This document shows positions 35,601 to 48,225 of a DNA stretch of 64,000 nucleotides, in pieces. The translations under genes and the position numbers were made by a program. Source of the stretch: Podarcis cretensis (Eukaryota); the NCBI GenBank assembly GCA_951804945.1, contig OX638156.1:39866001-39930000 (forward strand). The letters run 5' to 3'. The notes beneath the pieces were generated by a model. That model did no database searches. It saw only the letters and a list, made by a program, of their open reading frames with translations, and had not been told where the DNA came from. Each line of letters starts with the position of its first letter. Positions within the stretch are counted from its first letter, which is position 1.

Positions 35601-38600
35601 CTTCTTAGACCATGCTTGCATCTCAATTCCTTGCCCTCCCTTTCCCGTCCAGTTCTCCGTACATTAATGGGCCACAAAGCGAATATCTGCAGCCTAGACT
35701 TTCATCCTTTTGGAGGCTTTGTAGCTTCAGGATCCATGGACACCAACATTAAGGTAAGACTTTTGAGTCTCCCTCACTCCCTGACATCCTGCATGTGTAT
35801 TTCAGAACAGCAGGATCCCCAAAGCGCTGCATATCAGTGGATGTAAGGAGCTGTTTTGTATTAAGTCTGAGGAGTTGTTCATGCAGCCCAGCAATATTCT
35901 CATGGACCAGAAGCCGCTTTCCAGTGGCGTGGGCAGAGCTCTTCCCAACCCTTTAACTATGAACTGATTGTGCACCCAAGACCTCATTTGTGTGTGTTCT
36001 GCACTTCAGCTGACATCCTGTTTTTGAAATTCAAATAGTTGCATACTCTTAGAAAATGTCCCTCAACCCCAGGACTTTTTTAATTGGAGACCGGTGCTTT
36101 GGAAGATCTTCAAGACACTTCCAAGTTGCCATTGTAAAGCTTTTGTCCATTTCCTTCATGCAGCTTTGGGACGTGAGAAGGAAGGGCTGTGTCTTCAGGT
36201 ACAAGGTAAGAAGGAAAGCATATTATTTTGTCTGCAGGGCACCCCTCAAATCTCCTTCTGCCTCTAGGAGTTCTTCCATGTCCAGTTGCTACAGTGTTTC
36301 AGTTTGGAGAGCTCATTGAGGCAATCCCACCCACAGGTTCTGGGCAGTTTACAAAATTCCCAGCGTCTATTACATAAACAGGGTCTACATTGCCAGCCCT
36401 CAGGCCCCACCCAACCAAAGGAAGGGCCAGTGGGGAGAGGGGTCCATTGGGTACTGCTTCTTGAAGGTGCCCAGAGAGGCTTGATGCCATTAATCTTGCA
36501 AGTTAATATCTTCTCATCCCTTTTGTACTTTGGTACTGACCTTCACAGCCACCTTGCATTATTTTTTAAAATAGGGTGCTCCAGTTAAAAAGCATGCACT
36601 CGCTCACTGAACTATAGCACCCCCTGCACCTCTTCCCAAAGTACAACCTCTTCTCCTCCTGTTTTCTTAGCTCCCTCTGACTCGTTTCCAGGGCAACCCC
36701 TTTTTTGTGCTATCTTCCAAAATTCATGGTTTCTTTCCACTGTTGATGGAGCCCTCAGCTGGTCTCTAACATGCCAGCTGCCCCTCACAGCAATTGAGAA
36801 AGGCTCCCCTCCCTCCTAAAGGAGCCCAAGTACTTGGCAAATCATTAAGCTCTTCCCTATCCAATCTCATTTTCCTTCCTTACTAGAAAGTGATATTTAC
36901 AATGTTTGAAGCTGTATCTTGGCTATGTCTAAATGTAGCTTTCACCAACCTGGTGCCTTCCAGATGTTTTGCATGCTGGCTGGGGCTGATGGGAGTTGCA
37001 GTCCAACACATCTGGAGGGTGCCATGTTGGCAAAGGCAGTCTAAGGGATTGTATTTTTTCTCTTGCAATATAGTAACTTCACAACAAGACAGTTGTTGTG
37101 AGACATGCTCAGCCTTCATGTTTCCTGTGTGTGACCCATTGTTTCATCCTGGGAGTGCCGAGCTCTGCTAGGAATGAACTGGGTCTGTTTTGCCTTTACA
37201 GGGCCATACTCAAGCAGTCCGCTGTCTCCGATTCAGCCCTGATGGCAAATGGCTGGCGTCGTCTGCAGACGATCACACAGTGAAGGTACTGGCCTGATTT
37301 TGCTAGACCCCTTTGGCACTCACCTTCCTTCTTGTGGCAGTTTTGACTGCTTGCCACACCAAGAGGTGCTCTTTTGTGCCAAACAATCAGGTATGGGGTT
37401 GGGCAACCTCAAGGCTTTAAGGTTCTTTCTCTATCTAGTTGTGGGACCTGGCTGCTGGGAAGATCATGTTCGAATTCACAGGACACACGGGGCCAGTCAA
37501 CGTTGTAGAATTCCATCCCAATGAATACCTGTTGGCCTCTGGTAGCTCTGACAGGTAAATTCTTGTTGGGAAATAAGTGGGGGACAATAGCATGTAATGT
37601 GGCTCATCTGCAACTTGCAATTATTTGCTGCAGATACTTACATTTTCATTTGTGGAATTGGAATAATTGTTGGTGATGATTGAAACAGCTTACCTTTTGA
37701 ATTTCCTGTTTAGGGAGGCCCTTCTGGCCTCTTCATTATCCTCTTCTGGAACCTAGAACAAGGTCATACCTACCTGAATCTTTTGGTAGATGTCATCATG
37801 CTAGATTTTGGAGTTTGGTATATGCTGATGGCTCTCAAATCTTCTTTCTCTTCTTCCTTGAACCTTGGTGAGAGTATAGAGTCTCTGAAATGATGCTGGA
37901 TAAATGGGCTGGATGAACTGAAGCAGGTTCAGAGGAGGTGTAGATCAAGGGTCAGCAAACTTTTCCAGCAGGGGGCCGGTCCACTGTCCTTCAGGCCTTG
38001 TGGGGGGCCGGACTATAGGGGGGGGGGGAATGAACGCATTCCTATGCCCCACAAATAACCCAGAGATGCATTTTAAATAATTTTAAATAATTTTACTCAT
38101 GTAAAAACACGCTGATTCCCGGACCATCCGCGGGCCAGATATAGAAGGCGATTGGACAGGATCCTGCCCCCGGGCCTTAGTTTGCCTACCCAAGGTGTAG
38201 ATGAACAGTGGGCCTGTTGAGTTGAGAGTAGGTGTAAAATCTGTCTGAATGGCCTTGCCGCCCCTTCTGAAGGAACAGGTTTGCTGCTCAGGGGTGATAA
38301 TTTGAGCCAGCATTACTGCCACAGCTGTGCCTTTTCCCAGCTGCACCAGATATATTTGCTGCACCATCTTGTGTAAGATAAAAGATTTGGTCTCTATCAT
38401 TACAGGAAAGTGTTTTACATAGCTCACAAACTTGGTTCTATTTGGTTTAGAACACAGCAGCTGGGACTGACCTTAGAGAGTGGTTGTTACAGAGCTGCCC
38501 TGGTTACCAGTTGGTTTCTGGGCACTTCAGAGTGCTGTGTTTTCCTTTTAAATCCCAAAGTGCCCTAGCCTCTGGACACTTTGCTCTTAGGTCCCGCCAT

Positions 38601-41600
38601 GTGATTTTAAGAACGACAGGAGTTTCTGATGAGGTTGCCATCATTATCACAGATCTATTGGCTGGTCATGGCTAGAGCAAGCTTGTGAGTAACTGAGTGC
38701 TCTGTTCCTTGCCTAGAATCCCACTCATCTGCACCTGTTTGTTTTTTGTGCTCCATCCTTATTTTTATTAGGACCACAGACTGTTGCTAGAAACAAAGAC
38801 CAATGAATAATGAAGTGTTGGATTAACTCCTCCTTGCCTTGGGCCTAGGAGATCACATAGGTGTTTGTTTTTTTTTCTGTCTTGCAGAACAGTCAGGTTC
38901 TGGGACTTGGAGAAGTTCCAGGTGGTGAGCTGCATTGAAGAGGAGGCCACTCCTGTCAGGTACATCAGACTGGGGCAGTGATTTGTGTCAAGAGGCATGA
39001 GGGCATGTTCTTGCTTTGTGTGACTTTGCTATGGGGATCCCAGACTCTTAATGCTCTTTCAGTTCCAAGCTCTGGTTTGGCCAAGCGGCTGAAGCGAGGA
39101 AAGCATGCAGTTAAAGGCTAGCAGAGATTGTGACCATCTCCTGACATAGAATATCAGTGGCACACCTTGTTTTGCACCAGTGTCTGGATGACCTGCACAT
39201 TCACTTTCCCCCTCTCCCCTTCAGGTGTGTGCTGTTTAACCCCGATGGCTGCTGCTTGTATGCTGGCTGCCATGATACCCTGAGAGTGTATGGCTGGGAG
39301 CCTGAGCGCTGTTTTGATGTGGTCTTGGTGAATTGGGGCAAGGTGGCTGATTTGTCTATCTGTAACAATCAACTGGTGAGTGACTGAAAGGGCAGGAAGG
39401 GACTTGGGTTTCCTTCTCTGCTAGTGGGTGCAACAAGTGGACATGCCACAAGTTGTGCTTCTGACACTGGCAGTAGCATGGCAGGGCCATTCCTAATGCA
39501 CACTTGGCCCCTGACTCTTGCAAATGGACCCTGAGTCATCTCCTCCTCATGTCTCCTGGTAGTTTTCATTTTGAGTTTGCTTCCCGTTCCCCTCACATGG
39601 TTGCCAAGGTGGATTCTTGTTGACTTCCCAGAGCACTTTGGCTGCAAACCTGATGTAAAGTTGACTTGCACACAACATGACTTCGTTTCTGTTCTTCACA
39701 GATTGGTGTTTCTTTCACACAAAGCACAGTCTCTTCCTTTGTGGTGGACCTCAGCCGAGTCACAAAATGTGGGCCTGGCACCCGTGGGCTGATTCGGGAT
39801 GACAAGCCTCTCACTCAGCCCTTGCCTGCGGGCTCTTCCCTTCGACGCATCTATGACAGGCCAACGACGACATGCAGCAAACCCCAAAGGCAAGGAAGGA
39901 AGACTCCTCCTAGAGGGCGGGAGGTGGCAGCCTGTGTATGCCAAAGGATTTAGAGATGGAAACTGAAAGCAAAGGGATGTTCTCAGTGGTTTCTGTGTGA
40001 TCCCCTCCATTGGTTCTGGGGGGGTTTTCTAAGAAAAACTTGTTTGCCTATTTTTGTGTGCATGGCTTTAAAAGAGGATTAGCCAAATTCGTGAAAAATA
40101 AAGCCATCAATGGCTACTAGCCATGGTGGCAATGTTGTTGGTGGCAGAATGCCTCTGAATACCTGTTGCTGGGAATCCTAAGAGGGGAGAGGGCTGCTCT
40201 TGCTCTCGGGTCCTGCTTGTGGACATCCAGTTGGCCATTCAGGGGAAAATAGGACGCTGGGCTTCAGATATAGCTGAAGGAGCATCTCCACCTCCATCGT
40301 TCAGCCTGGACACTGAGGTTCTCCTCTGAGGGTCTTCTGGCAGTTCCCTTACTGTGAGAAGTGAGGTTACAGGGAACCAGGCAGAGGGCCTTCTTGGTGG
40401 TTGCATCCACCCTGTGGAATGCCCTCCCATCAGATGTCAAGGAGATAAAGAACTACATAACTTTGTGTAGGTGAGGAAGAGAAAGGAGAATGTTAGCCAC
40501 TTTGAGACTCCTTCGGGTAGTGATAAAGCGGGATATCAAATCCAAACTCTTCTTCTTTTAGAAGACACCTGAATGAAAGCAGCTTTTATTGGCTAGTTTT
40601 TAATGTTTGACATTTTTATATGTACTAGAAGCCTCCCAGAATGGCTGGGGAAACCCAGCCAGATGGGCGGGGTATTATTATTATTATTATTATTAGCCCC
40701 CATTGGCTTCAGGGTTGTTCTGGTATTCTTATATCTGTGGTTTAATGACAGAATGAAACACAACTCAGAGAGCGAGAGGCGCAGTCCAAGCAGTGAGGAC
40801 GACAGGGAAGATAAGGAATCCACAGCGGAGATCCAGAACACAGAAGACTACAATGAGATCTTCCAGCCAAAGAATCCCATAAGTGAGTGCTGCTGAAGTA
40901 ATCTGTGTGATGCCACAAAGCAAACCAAGGTGTCTTGCGCTGTTTTCCCCATTTTGTAATATTTGATCTTTGTGTGGCAGTTGTGAACAAGCATGTGACT
41001 CTCCCACAGTTGTTTTAATTTATCGTTGCCTCCAAAGACTTTCAAGAGGCAATCTTAGGTTCACAACTTGCTACTGAATATTGTGTTCTGGCATGGTCAG
41101 TCATTTAGAGGTAGAGTACTAGCATCTAAGTTTGCAACATGTGTTTGTTAAAGTATTTGCACACCATCCTTTGTACAAATACATCTGAGGGCAGTCCACA
41201 GTGAGAATTTACATCTGAATATATAACTAACACTGCCCCCAACCCCACCAGCAAAAAAGCCCCACACCAAAACACTGTGATTTGGAGCCATACTTAACTA
41301 GCTGAACATAAGTCACATTGAAGTCATTATTAACTTGTCCCATTGATTTCAGTGGAACCTAAGTACAACTAGCTTAGTCTGAATTCTACCCAATATTCCC
41401 AGGATGCATTTTTAGCACATGGAATGGTTGTTCCTGTCTCTTGAAAAGAAATGTGGGAAGGAGTGAAGAGGCATAACTGTACCCACTTCTTCCTCAGAGG
41501 GAGAAATATTTATTAATCCCTTTACCTGTAATGCAGAAGTGTTACTGCCATAGTGGAAACAATCTGTAGACTCATGAAGGTGACACCACAGGATCCTCTA

Positions 41601-44600
41601 ATTTCTTGTGTAACTTAAATGGAGTGCAAGGTTAGGCGCTTTATTTTTTGTCTTTTTCAGCTCGAACTCCACCCAACAAGAGTGAACCTTTTCCTGCACC
41701 TCCAGAGGATGGTGAGTTGGAATTTCTTTTTCAAGTATTGAGAAAGAACCAGCGAAGATCTCCATACATCTACTGTATTGCTGGCTTCACATGGACATTT
41801 ACAGTGTCTATGTTGCTGGGGGAAGTTATGAACTATCTTTTTCTCGAGTTCGGATTCTTCAGCTTTGCCTCCAAAGGGCAGCGTGTCGGCCCTTGGGGCA
41901 AAAGAGCCATGGACTGTCTTGGGTGGGAGTGGCAGGAACCTTTGAGCCCAGGGCCATAGAGCCCAGGGTCTTTGACTTCTAGGGCAGAGCTCTCGCCTGC
42001 TGCCGCTATTTGTGCGGTCTTGATAGTAAGAAAACATAGTTTTTCTTCCCTCCAGAGCCCATGGTTGCCAAAGAAGCCTCAAGGCTCAGTCAAGTGGCAG
42101 ATATTCCGACTCCGTTGCCAAGCCAAGAGAATGTAAGTCCATTGGTGTGCCCTCTCCTATTCCTGCTTCCCCCCCCCCCCCGGCTCCAGAAATGATGGTG
42201 CCTCTATCCCAGGATTTCCCAGCCTTGGGTCTCCAGCTCTTTTGGGATTACAACTCCCATCGTCCTTAGCCTGCAGGACCAGTGGTCGGGGATGATGGGA
42301 AATGTAGCTGGAGGCCCAGGTTTGGGAAACCCTGCTCTAGCAGCATGAAAAAGAGGCAGTGGCCTGTCACTGTGTTCTAAGCAAGGAAGTCCAGACCAGC
42401 CATTGCCAACCTCCAGGTGTGTTGGACTACGACTCCCATTATTTGTAAAGGAGTTGTAGTCCAAAACATCTGGAGGGCTCCAGATTGGGAAAGGCTGGGC
42501 TCAGTGGAGGATTTTTTAATTACTATCATTTTTTTTTATTAAAAAAATTACACACCACTTAATTGCCAAAACCTCTAAGTGATTTTGAAAGGCCTTCCCC
42601 AGCAGATCTTGATTCTGGTGGTTGGAATTCCCTGCAAGCTTCTTTCTTACAGCCAAATGTGGTGGAGGTGGGGTGGGGGGTAAGATGAGACCCAGGGATT
42701 TCCTGAGCAGATCCTATCTTGCACCTGATCCTTAACTTCATTTGAAGTGCTCCAGGTGCCTTGGAGCTGACCACTCAGAAGTTGCCAATAGCCTCTAGTG
42801 GGTCTGCTTAGAAAACAAAGGAGGAATGCATCAAGTCCTTTGTTGACATACCATGGAGGATCAGTGGTACTCAGTATGTGGTGCTCAGTATAGCCAGGTG
42901 GTTGCAAATATGGTATCAAAGCTTACAGCCCAGGTTTGTCTGCCCTGACTCCATCTCCACTTCCCACAGCAGCCTGACCCTATTCAGAGGTCGCCAATAG
43001 CATCCTCGACCCCCAAGACCAAGGTTGAGCCATCTGTGATCCCTGCAGCCAGGAATGAGCCTATCGGGCTGAAGGCCTCTGACTTTTTGCCGGTAAGTTT
43101 CTTCCCTGTAGAAGAGGGATTGGGAACGACAAGTGGCTGTCACCTGGGCAGGGAGGAAAGTAGTGATTTGTCTGTCCTGCGCACCCTGCTCTTTGGCTGC
43201 TTCAGAAGTTTTTAGCAGGTGTCAAAAAGGGGACAGTGAAGGTGCCTGCTTTATGTCAATAGGCAGGGAGTTCCAAAGTGTGGGTGCTGCTGCATTAAAG
43301 TAGCAATTTTGTATTGTGACCCTTGTAACAGTGCCAATTCCACAGATCAAAGTGGTCAAAAGGTCACAGATGGGGTAAGGCAATCCCGCAGGTAAACTGG
43401 TCCACAAAAGAAGGGATAATGTTTAGATGAAAGGACATCAGAAACTAGCCTTTAGCAAGAGCATGGATGGTAGTAGATCCCCTCCCTGGCTAAACACTTT
43501 AGATATTTCTCAGCTAGGGTACAAATAATTTAATTGTATGGCTAGTGATTTGGTTGGGTAGTAAATAGTATGATTGAATCAAGACAAAAAGTAGAGCCAG
43601 CCAGCCATTCTGAACAAATCAAAGGTAGTCTTATCAAGGAGACGGTAGAAAAGAATTCGCAGCCCAGCATCCCCATCTTTCCAATTGTAGTGATAGACCT
43701 AATATGTTCTATTCTTTTAACAGTAATGTTTCTGCCTCTAGTTGTGTTAAGTAAAACTGTAATAAACTATACAAAAAGGTATAATTTATGTGTTTGTGTG
43801 TGTAATACATTACAAATTAGACCATCAATGCCAAGTTCCCTTTCCTTTCTGTCCTTGCAGGCTGTGAACAACCAAAACCTGGCAGAGATTGTGGATGAAG
43901 AGGCCATGTCCCAAATCCGGAAGGGACACGAGACCATGTGCGTGGTGCTTACCAGCCGCCACAAGAACTTGGACACCGTGAGGGCCGTGTGGAGCACTGG
44001 AGACATCAAGGCAAGTGGCCTTTTCGTTGCCTTTGTTAAGCAGCACAGTTCCAGGGGCTTTGGGCTTAGTAGGTCCAGATCTCAAACCTCCCACCACTGT
44101 CAGCTTGGATACAAAAAGCTTGAAGTTTCATTGTTATCAGTTGACCAAGGGAGATGCAGATGATGAATGAGCATCTTTTGCTCCAGCTGGGAAGAAGGGC
44201 TGCTTTGGGAGCAGGCCCTGTGCCTTTTAAGAAGGCTCCTGTTCTTCCTGCTGACCTTAGGCAGCCAACACATCCCTTTCTTCTGGCCAAAATATTTGAA
44301 ATTCGGGGTGGGGGTGAGGAATCTGCAGTAGGAATACATTCCACAAGTTGGTTATTATGGTGTAATCAGCAGCATCTCACCTTCCCATGCTGGAAGGAGA
44401 GGGCTTCCACACAGTCTTGCTCTACCTGACAAGGAGGTAGCCCAGAACCATTCTCAGCTGTGGGGTGGGTGGCAGGACTGTGACCTGCAAGGAGACCCTG
44501 TAACTCAAGATGTGGCACAGACTCAGAATAGGCATTCACATTCTCTCTTGTGGATGCCATTCCTACTAGAGGAGGCTGCCTGCTTACTCTCCACTCAGAA

Positions 44601-47600
44601 GGGGCATTTCCATGGCCACATTATCCCTGTCACTTGCATGAGCCTTGAAGTCCCATAAATAATTGTGCTAATTTTGGGTGGTCTGTCAAGTGCCTCAGTG
44701 GCCTTTAGGGGATGCTCCCTCTCAAGAGGTCTGCTGGCTGCCCCCTGGGGGGCCTTGGTGTGTTCTGGCAGCTTCTCAGCCAGTGCTTGTCTTAGCCTGG
44801 AGATGAGCTTTGGGATGAGAAATGGCTCTTACAGCCCCTGAGGCAGGATCTTCCCTGGGTTGAATTCTTCCTAAGAGAGCATCATCATGGCAGGTGACCC
44901 TGTTCCTATTTGCTTGACAAAATATAGCCTGCTGTGTATAAAAAGACTCTTTTGTCCGGTGGAAGGGCTGAAACCTGCATGGCTGATCCCCTCTGCCAAA
45001 GGCTGTGTACAGATGTAGCTGAAAGCCTTGGAAGATGTTCTTCTTTACCACCACTTGGCTTGCCTTCATGATGTCTATCTCTTTTTTATATATATATAAA
45101 TATTTATTAAGGTTTTTCACAACGAATCAAAATCAAAACCAGTACACCAAAAATAACAATCAAAAACAACACAACAAAAACAACAAAAACGAAAAAGAAA
45201 AAATTATTGCTTGCTTACTATCTTTATAACCCTCTTTCCTGACTTCCTCACATCTCCCTTTTCTGTATTCCCCTTTACACAAATCAATTTTAGCAGTTTT
45301 CTACCCTCTTTCCAATCTTATTCAATATTGTACATTTCAACCTATTATGCATTTATTTTCCTTCTCTTTTAAGAAAAAAAATTTTTTTATCGCATGTTCT
45401 TTATAATTTAATTTAATCCTTTGTATCATTTGTTTAATCACAACATAATAGTACTCTGGTCTTACCCCTTCTTTTCCACATCATTTTTGCGTATTTCTTT
45501 TTACCAAGCCCCTAATGCCATATTATTTTTATATCCAACATCATTTTAACATTCAAACATTTTACAATGTTTTTGAAGGTATTCTTTGAACTTCTTCCAA
45601 TCCTCTTCCACCGATTCTTCTCCCCCATGATGTCTATCTCTAGGAGACTTGCCCTCATCCTGATTTGCCTCTCTTGCTTTTTCTCAGACATCTGTGGACT
45701 CCGCAGTGGCCATCAACGACCTCTCCGTTATGGTGGACCTCCTAAACATCGTCAACCAGAAGGCGTGAGTTCCAGTTTGCTTTCCTGCCTGAAGGGAATG
45801 CTTTCTGTCATGTGGCTCAGGATCCTGTTCCCTTCTTGGGTAACCTACAAGTGCCTCTTCACCTCTTGAGTGGAGGTTGTGGCCAACAGTTACCCACAGG
45901 ATCCCAGGCCTTATTTCTTGGCAGCCCCCATGTCCTGCCCCATGAAAACTTGTGGGACTTGGTGGTGCCACCTGGTGCTTACACCTGCTAGCCCTGTGCT
46001 GAGCTTGGAGCCATGGCATAACTCAGATCCCTCATGAGGACTCACTGGGCTGAGAGTCACCCGCTGTCTCATCCTTTGGCTCCTTTCTGCCTTGGGGTGA
46101 GCAAATGAAGCTTCTTTGTCCTGAATGAGGTCCATCTAGCCCGAGACCAGCAGCTGCTCTCTGGCTAAGGTCTCTGGAGTGTTCTGCAGGTCAGAGGGGT
46201 TTGCTGTTGCAGGGCAGGGGTTGGGGTTGGGGTATCTCTCTGGAGCCTGTATTCTCTTTCCAGGTCTCTTTGGAAGCTGGATCTGTGCACAGTCATCTTG
46301 CCTCAGATAGAGAAACTTCTGCAAAGCAAATATGAAAGGTGAGTCTTCTGACAAATGTATGTCCTTGAGTAAGAGTGCCTGATCAATCAAGTGCTTTATT
46401 GACTAGCTGTAGCCAGCAGCTTTTGAGAGTTTTGTCAACTTGCATTTGATGATGGTCCTGATGAAGTGGCAGTAGCTGCTGCACACCTGTGTGTGTTCAT
46501 GTTTTGTGCATTTTTATTATTCTTGGAGGGAGTGGGGTTGTGACTTGCCCAAGCAGAGAGCAGGCCTGGATGTGGGCCAGCAGGGAAGCAGGCCTGCCAG
46601 CTTTGGGCTTATCACAACTTCACTTTGCAGGTGCTGAACAGAAGGGGACCATTGCCCACTTTGCTATCGCCATGGTCCCAGTGCACTTCTATATTGGGCA
46701 GGGTTCCCTCTCTGCCCAAATTTGGTGTCATGTTTGAAGCTTTAAATCATGAGGGGATGTCATCAGCAGAAATAAGCACTGAGAAGGGCTCATCCTAAAG
46801 CAGGCTGCCCCACCATCCAACAAGAGAAGTTTGCAGTTCAAGCAGGAGTTTCCTAAGAAAGTTGGATGTTGAGTTTTTTCCTCTTTTGCTTTACTAACCA
46901 CCAAGCTGTGGTTTTCAGGGAATGATTCCTCTGCCCCAATATTAAAACCACTTCAAAACCTGAGTAGTTGCAGTATCTATGTGTACATCACTTTGTGCTG
47001 ACGCTTATATACAATTGTGTCACCCCCTCCAGGGGTGCGTGTACACACACAAATTCAGCCCTGGTGGTTTTTGTTTTTTTTTAGTGCTTCAGAAATCCCT
47101 GCAGCAGTGTGGTTGCATTTTGAAGAAGGAACTGGGTGAGAAAGAGGTCATGTGAATATCAGTTGTTTTTAACAGCAGCCTGCTGGGCAGATGCAGGGTG
47201 CCCAGCAGAAAAGCCTTCCTGCATCCAGATTTACAAGAAAAGAAACTGGAAGGACAACTGATTTTGCTGTGGCTCTGCCCTTCCTCCTTCACCTGCTTCT
47301 CCACTTGCATTTTAGGTTTAGTTGTGAAAACGTTTGTCCTATTCTGATTCTCCTTGTTCTCTTGTCAGTTACGTCCAGACAGGCTGCACTTCTCTGAAGT
47401 TGATCCTGCAGAGGTTTCTGCCCCTGATCACAGACATCCTTGCTGCGCCGCCATCCGTGGGGGTGGACATTAGCAGAGAAGAGAGGTAGGGTGGCATCCC
47501 TGTTGCTTCCGTTCCTATGTTGCAAATCCTATCAGAACCTTCCCCCGTACCAGTTAAGCCTCCTTGCACATCTGAATCCCACAGCTAGCTCGGTCACACT

Positions 47601-48225
47601 TGCCCCACAGAATCTTGAACAGTTCCAGTTTGTTGCTTTTAGGCTGGAAATATCTGGGCTCCCTCCCACACAACTGCCTTTATCTACTGGGGGGCGGGGG
47701 GGCGTGCAGAAGGGGAAAATCTCATTTGGCTTCTGCCAGTAAAGCCTGTATGCCTTGCTGCTGTGTGTCCCTGCACTGGCTAGCAATCAGCAGGTATCCA
47801 CTGAAAGCTGGACCTTTTTAGTTGTGGTGTGGGTTTTATATTCCCATTGGGCCAAACTGATCACATGCCTTCTCTGTTTTCCAAGAACCTTTTTGTTTGT
47901 TTATCTACCATGCTCTTTACTTTTGTTTAGCTGCTGCTTCAAGAGCATGTTCTGAATTTAACAGTTCGGTATTCTTGTTGAGAAATGCAGAAGAGCAGGG
48001 CATCTAAATAATATTATTTAGTATTGGTGGATGTTGATCAGTCATGGTAGCCCCTCTGTTCCTTCATCCCAGTCTCTCTTTCCCATTGACAGGCTTCACA
48101 AATGCCGCCTGTGCTACAAGCAGCTGAAAAACATCAGCAACATCATCAAGAACAAATCTGGACTCAGTGGCCGCCATGGCAGTGCCTTCCGTGAGCTGCA
48201 CCTCCTGATGGCTGTCCTTGAGTGA
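32651..48225 (+). CDS. KATNB1: Katanin p80 WD40 repeat-containing subunit B1, complete CDS, 658 aa
   Basis: Exons: 32651-32690, 33078-33208, 34967-35084, 35653-35753, 36164-36205, 37202-37285, 37439-37554, 38888-38959, 39225-39375, 39702-39889 (GC donor), 40752-40882, 41661-41711, 42056-42132, 42970-43092, 43861-44010 (GC donor), 45688-45764, 46264-46338, 47369-47485, 48093-48225; total 1977 nt. Translation runs [19 protein letters not shown]...WD40 repeats...con80 domain...[16 protein letters not shown]. Candidate polyA signal ATTAAA at 48826-48831. Confidence 0.96.
33525..33764. mobile_element. Tc1/mariner MITE (same family as 59557-59794, opposite orientation)
   Basis: TA|CAGTGATACCTCGAGTTACAAAC ... 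GTTTGTAACTAGAGGTGCCACTG|TA. Confidence 0.88.
33767..33843 (-). mobile_element. End fragment of the hAT family seen at 12623-13606, inverted
   Basis: Ends ACATCGCCCAGGCCTA; contains the palindrome CCTGGGCGATGTAT-CA-ATACATCGCCCAGG; adjacent sequence resembles 12623-12710. Confidence 0.7.
37946..38194. mobile_element. Non-autonomous hAT (Charlie-like) element
   Basis: TIRs CAAGGGTCAGCAAACT / AGTTTGCCTACCCAAG; perfect 8-bp TSD GTGTAGAT at 37938-37945 and 38195-38202. Confidence 0.88.
40065..40262 (+). mobile_element. CR1-like LINE 3' UTR fragment
   Basis: GGCTTTAAAAGAGGATTAG...CCATCAATGGCTACTAGCCATG...GCCTCTGAATACC.GTTGCTGGG, typical of squamate CR1 tails. Confidence 0.6.
40290..40695 (+). mobile_element. 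L2 LINE 3' end with (TTA)n tail, interrupted by a short nested insertion at about 40464-40557
   Basis: Motif resembling [20 protein letters not shown]...F, resuming as RRHL after the insert; ends GATGGGCGGGGTA(TTA)n. Confidence 0.7.
43222..43300 (-). mobile_element. L2 ORF2 C-terminal fragment
   Basis: The ORF track gives [25 protein letters not shown], a hallmark of the L2 C-terminus; a similar plus-strand fragment lies near 63665-63760. Confidence 0.65.
45083..45625 (-). mobile_element. 5'-truncated L1-clade LINE insertion
   Basis: Perfect 16-bp TSD CATGATGTCTATCTCT at 45067-45082 and 45626-45641; the minus strand encodes an ORF2-like end [25 protein letters not shown], then a 3' UTR, AATAAA and an A/TA-rich tail. 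Confidence 0.85.
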
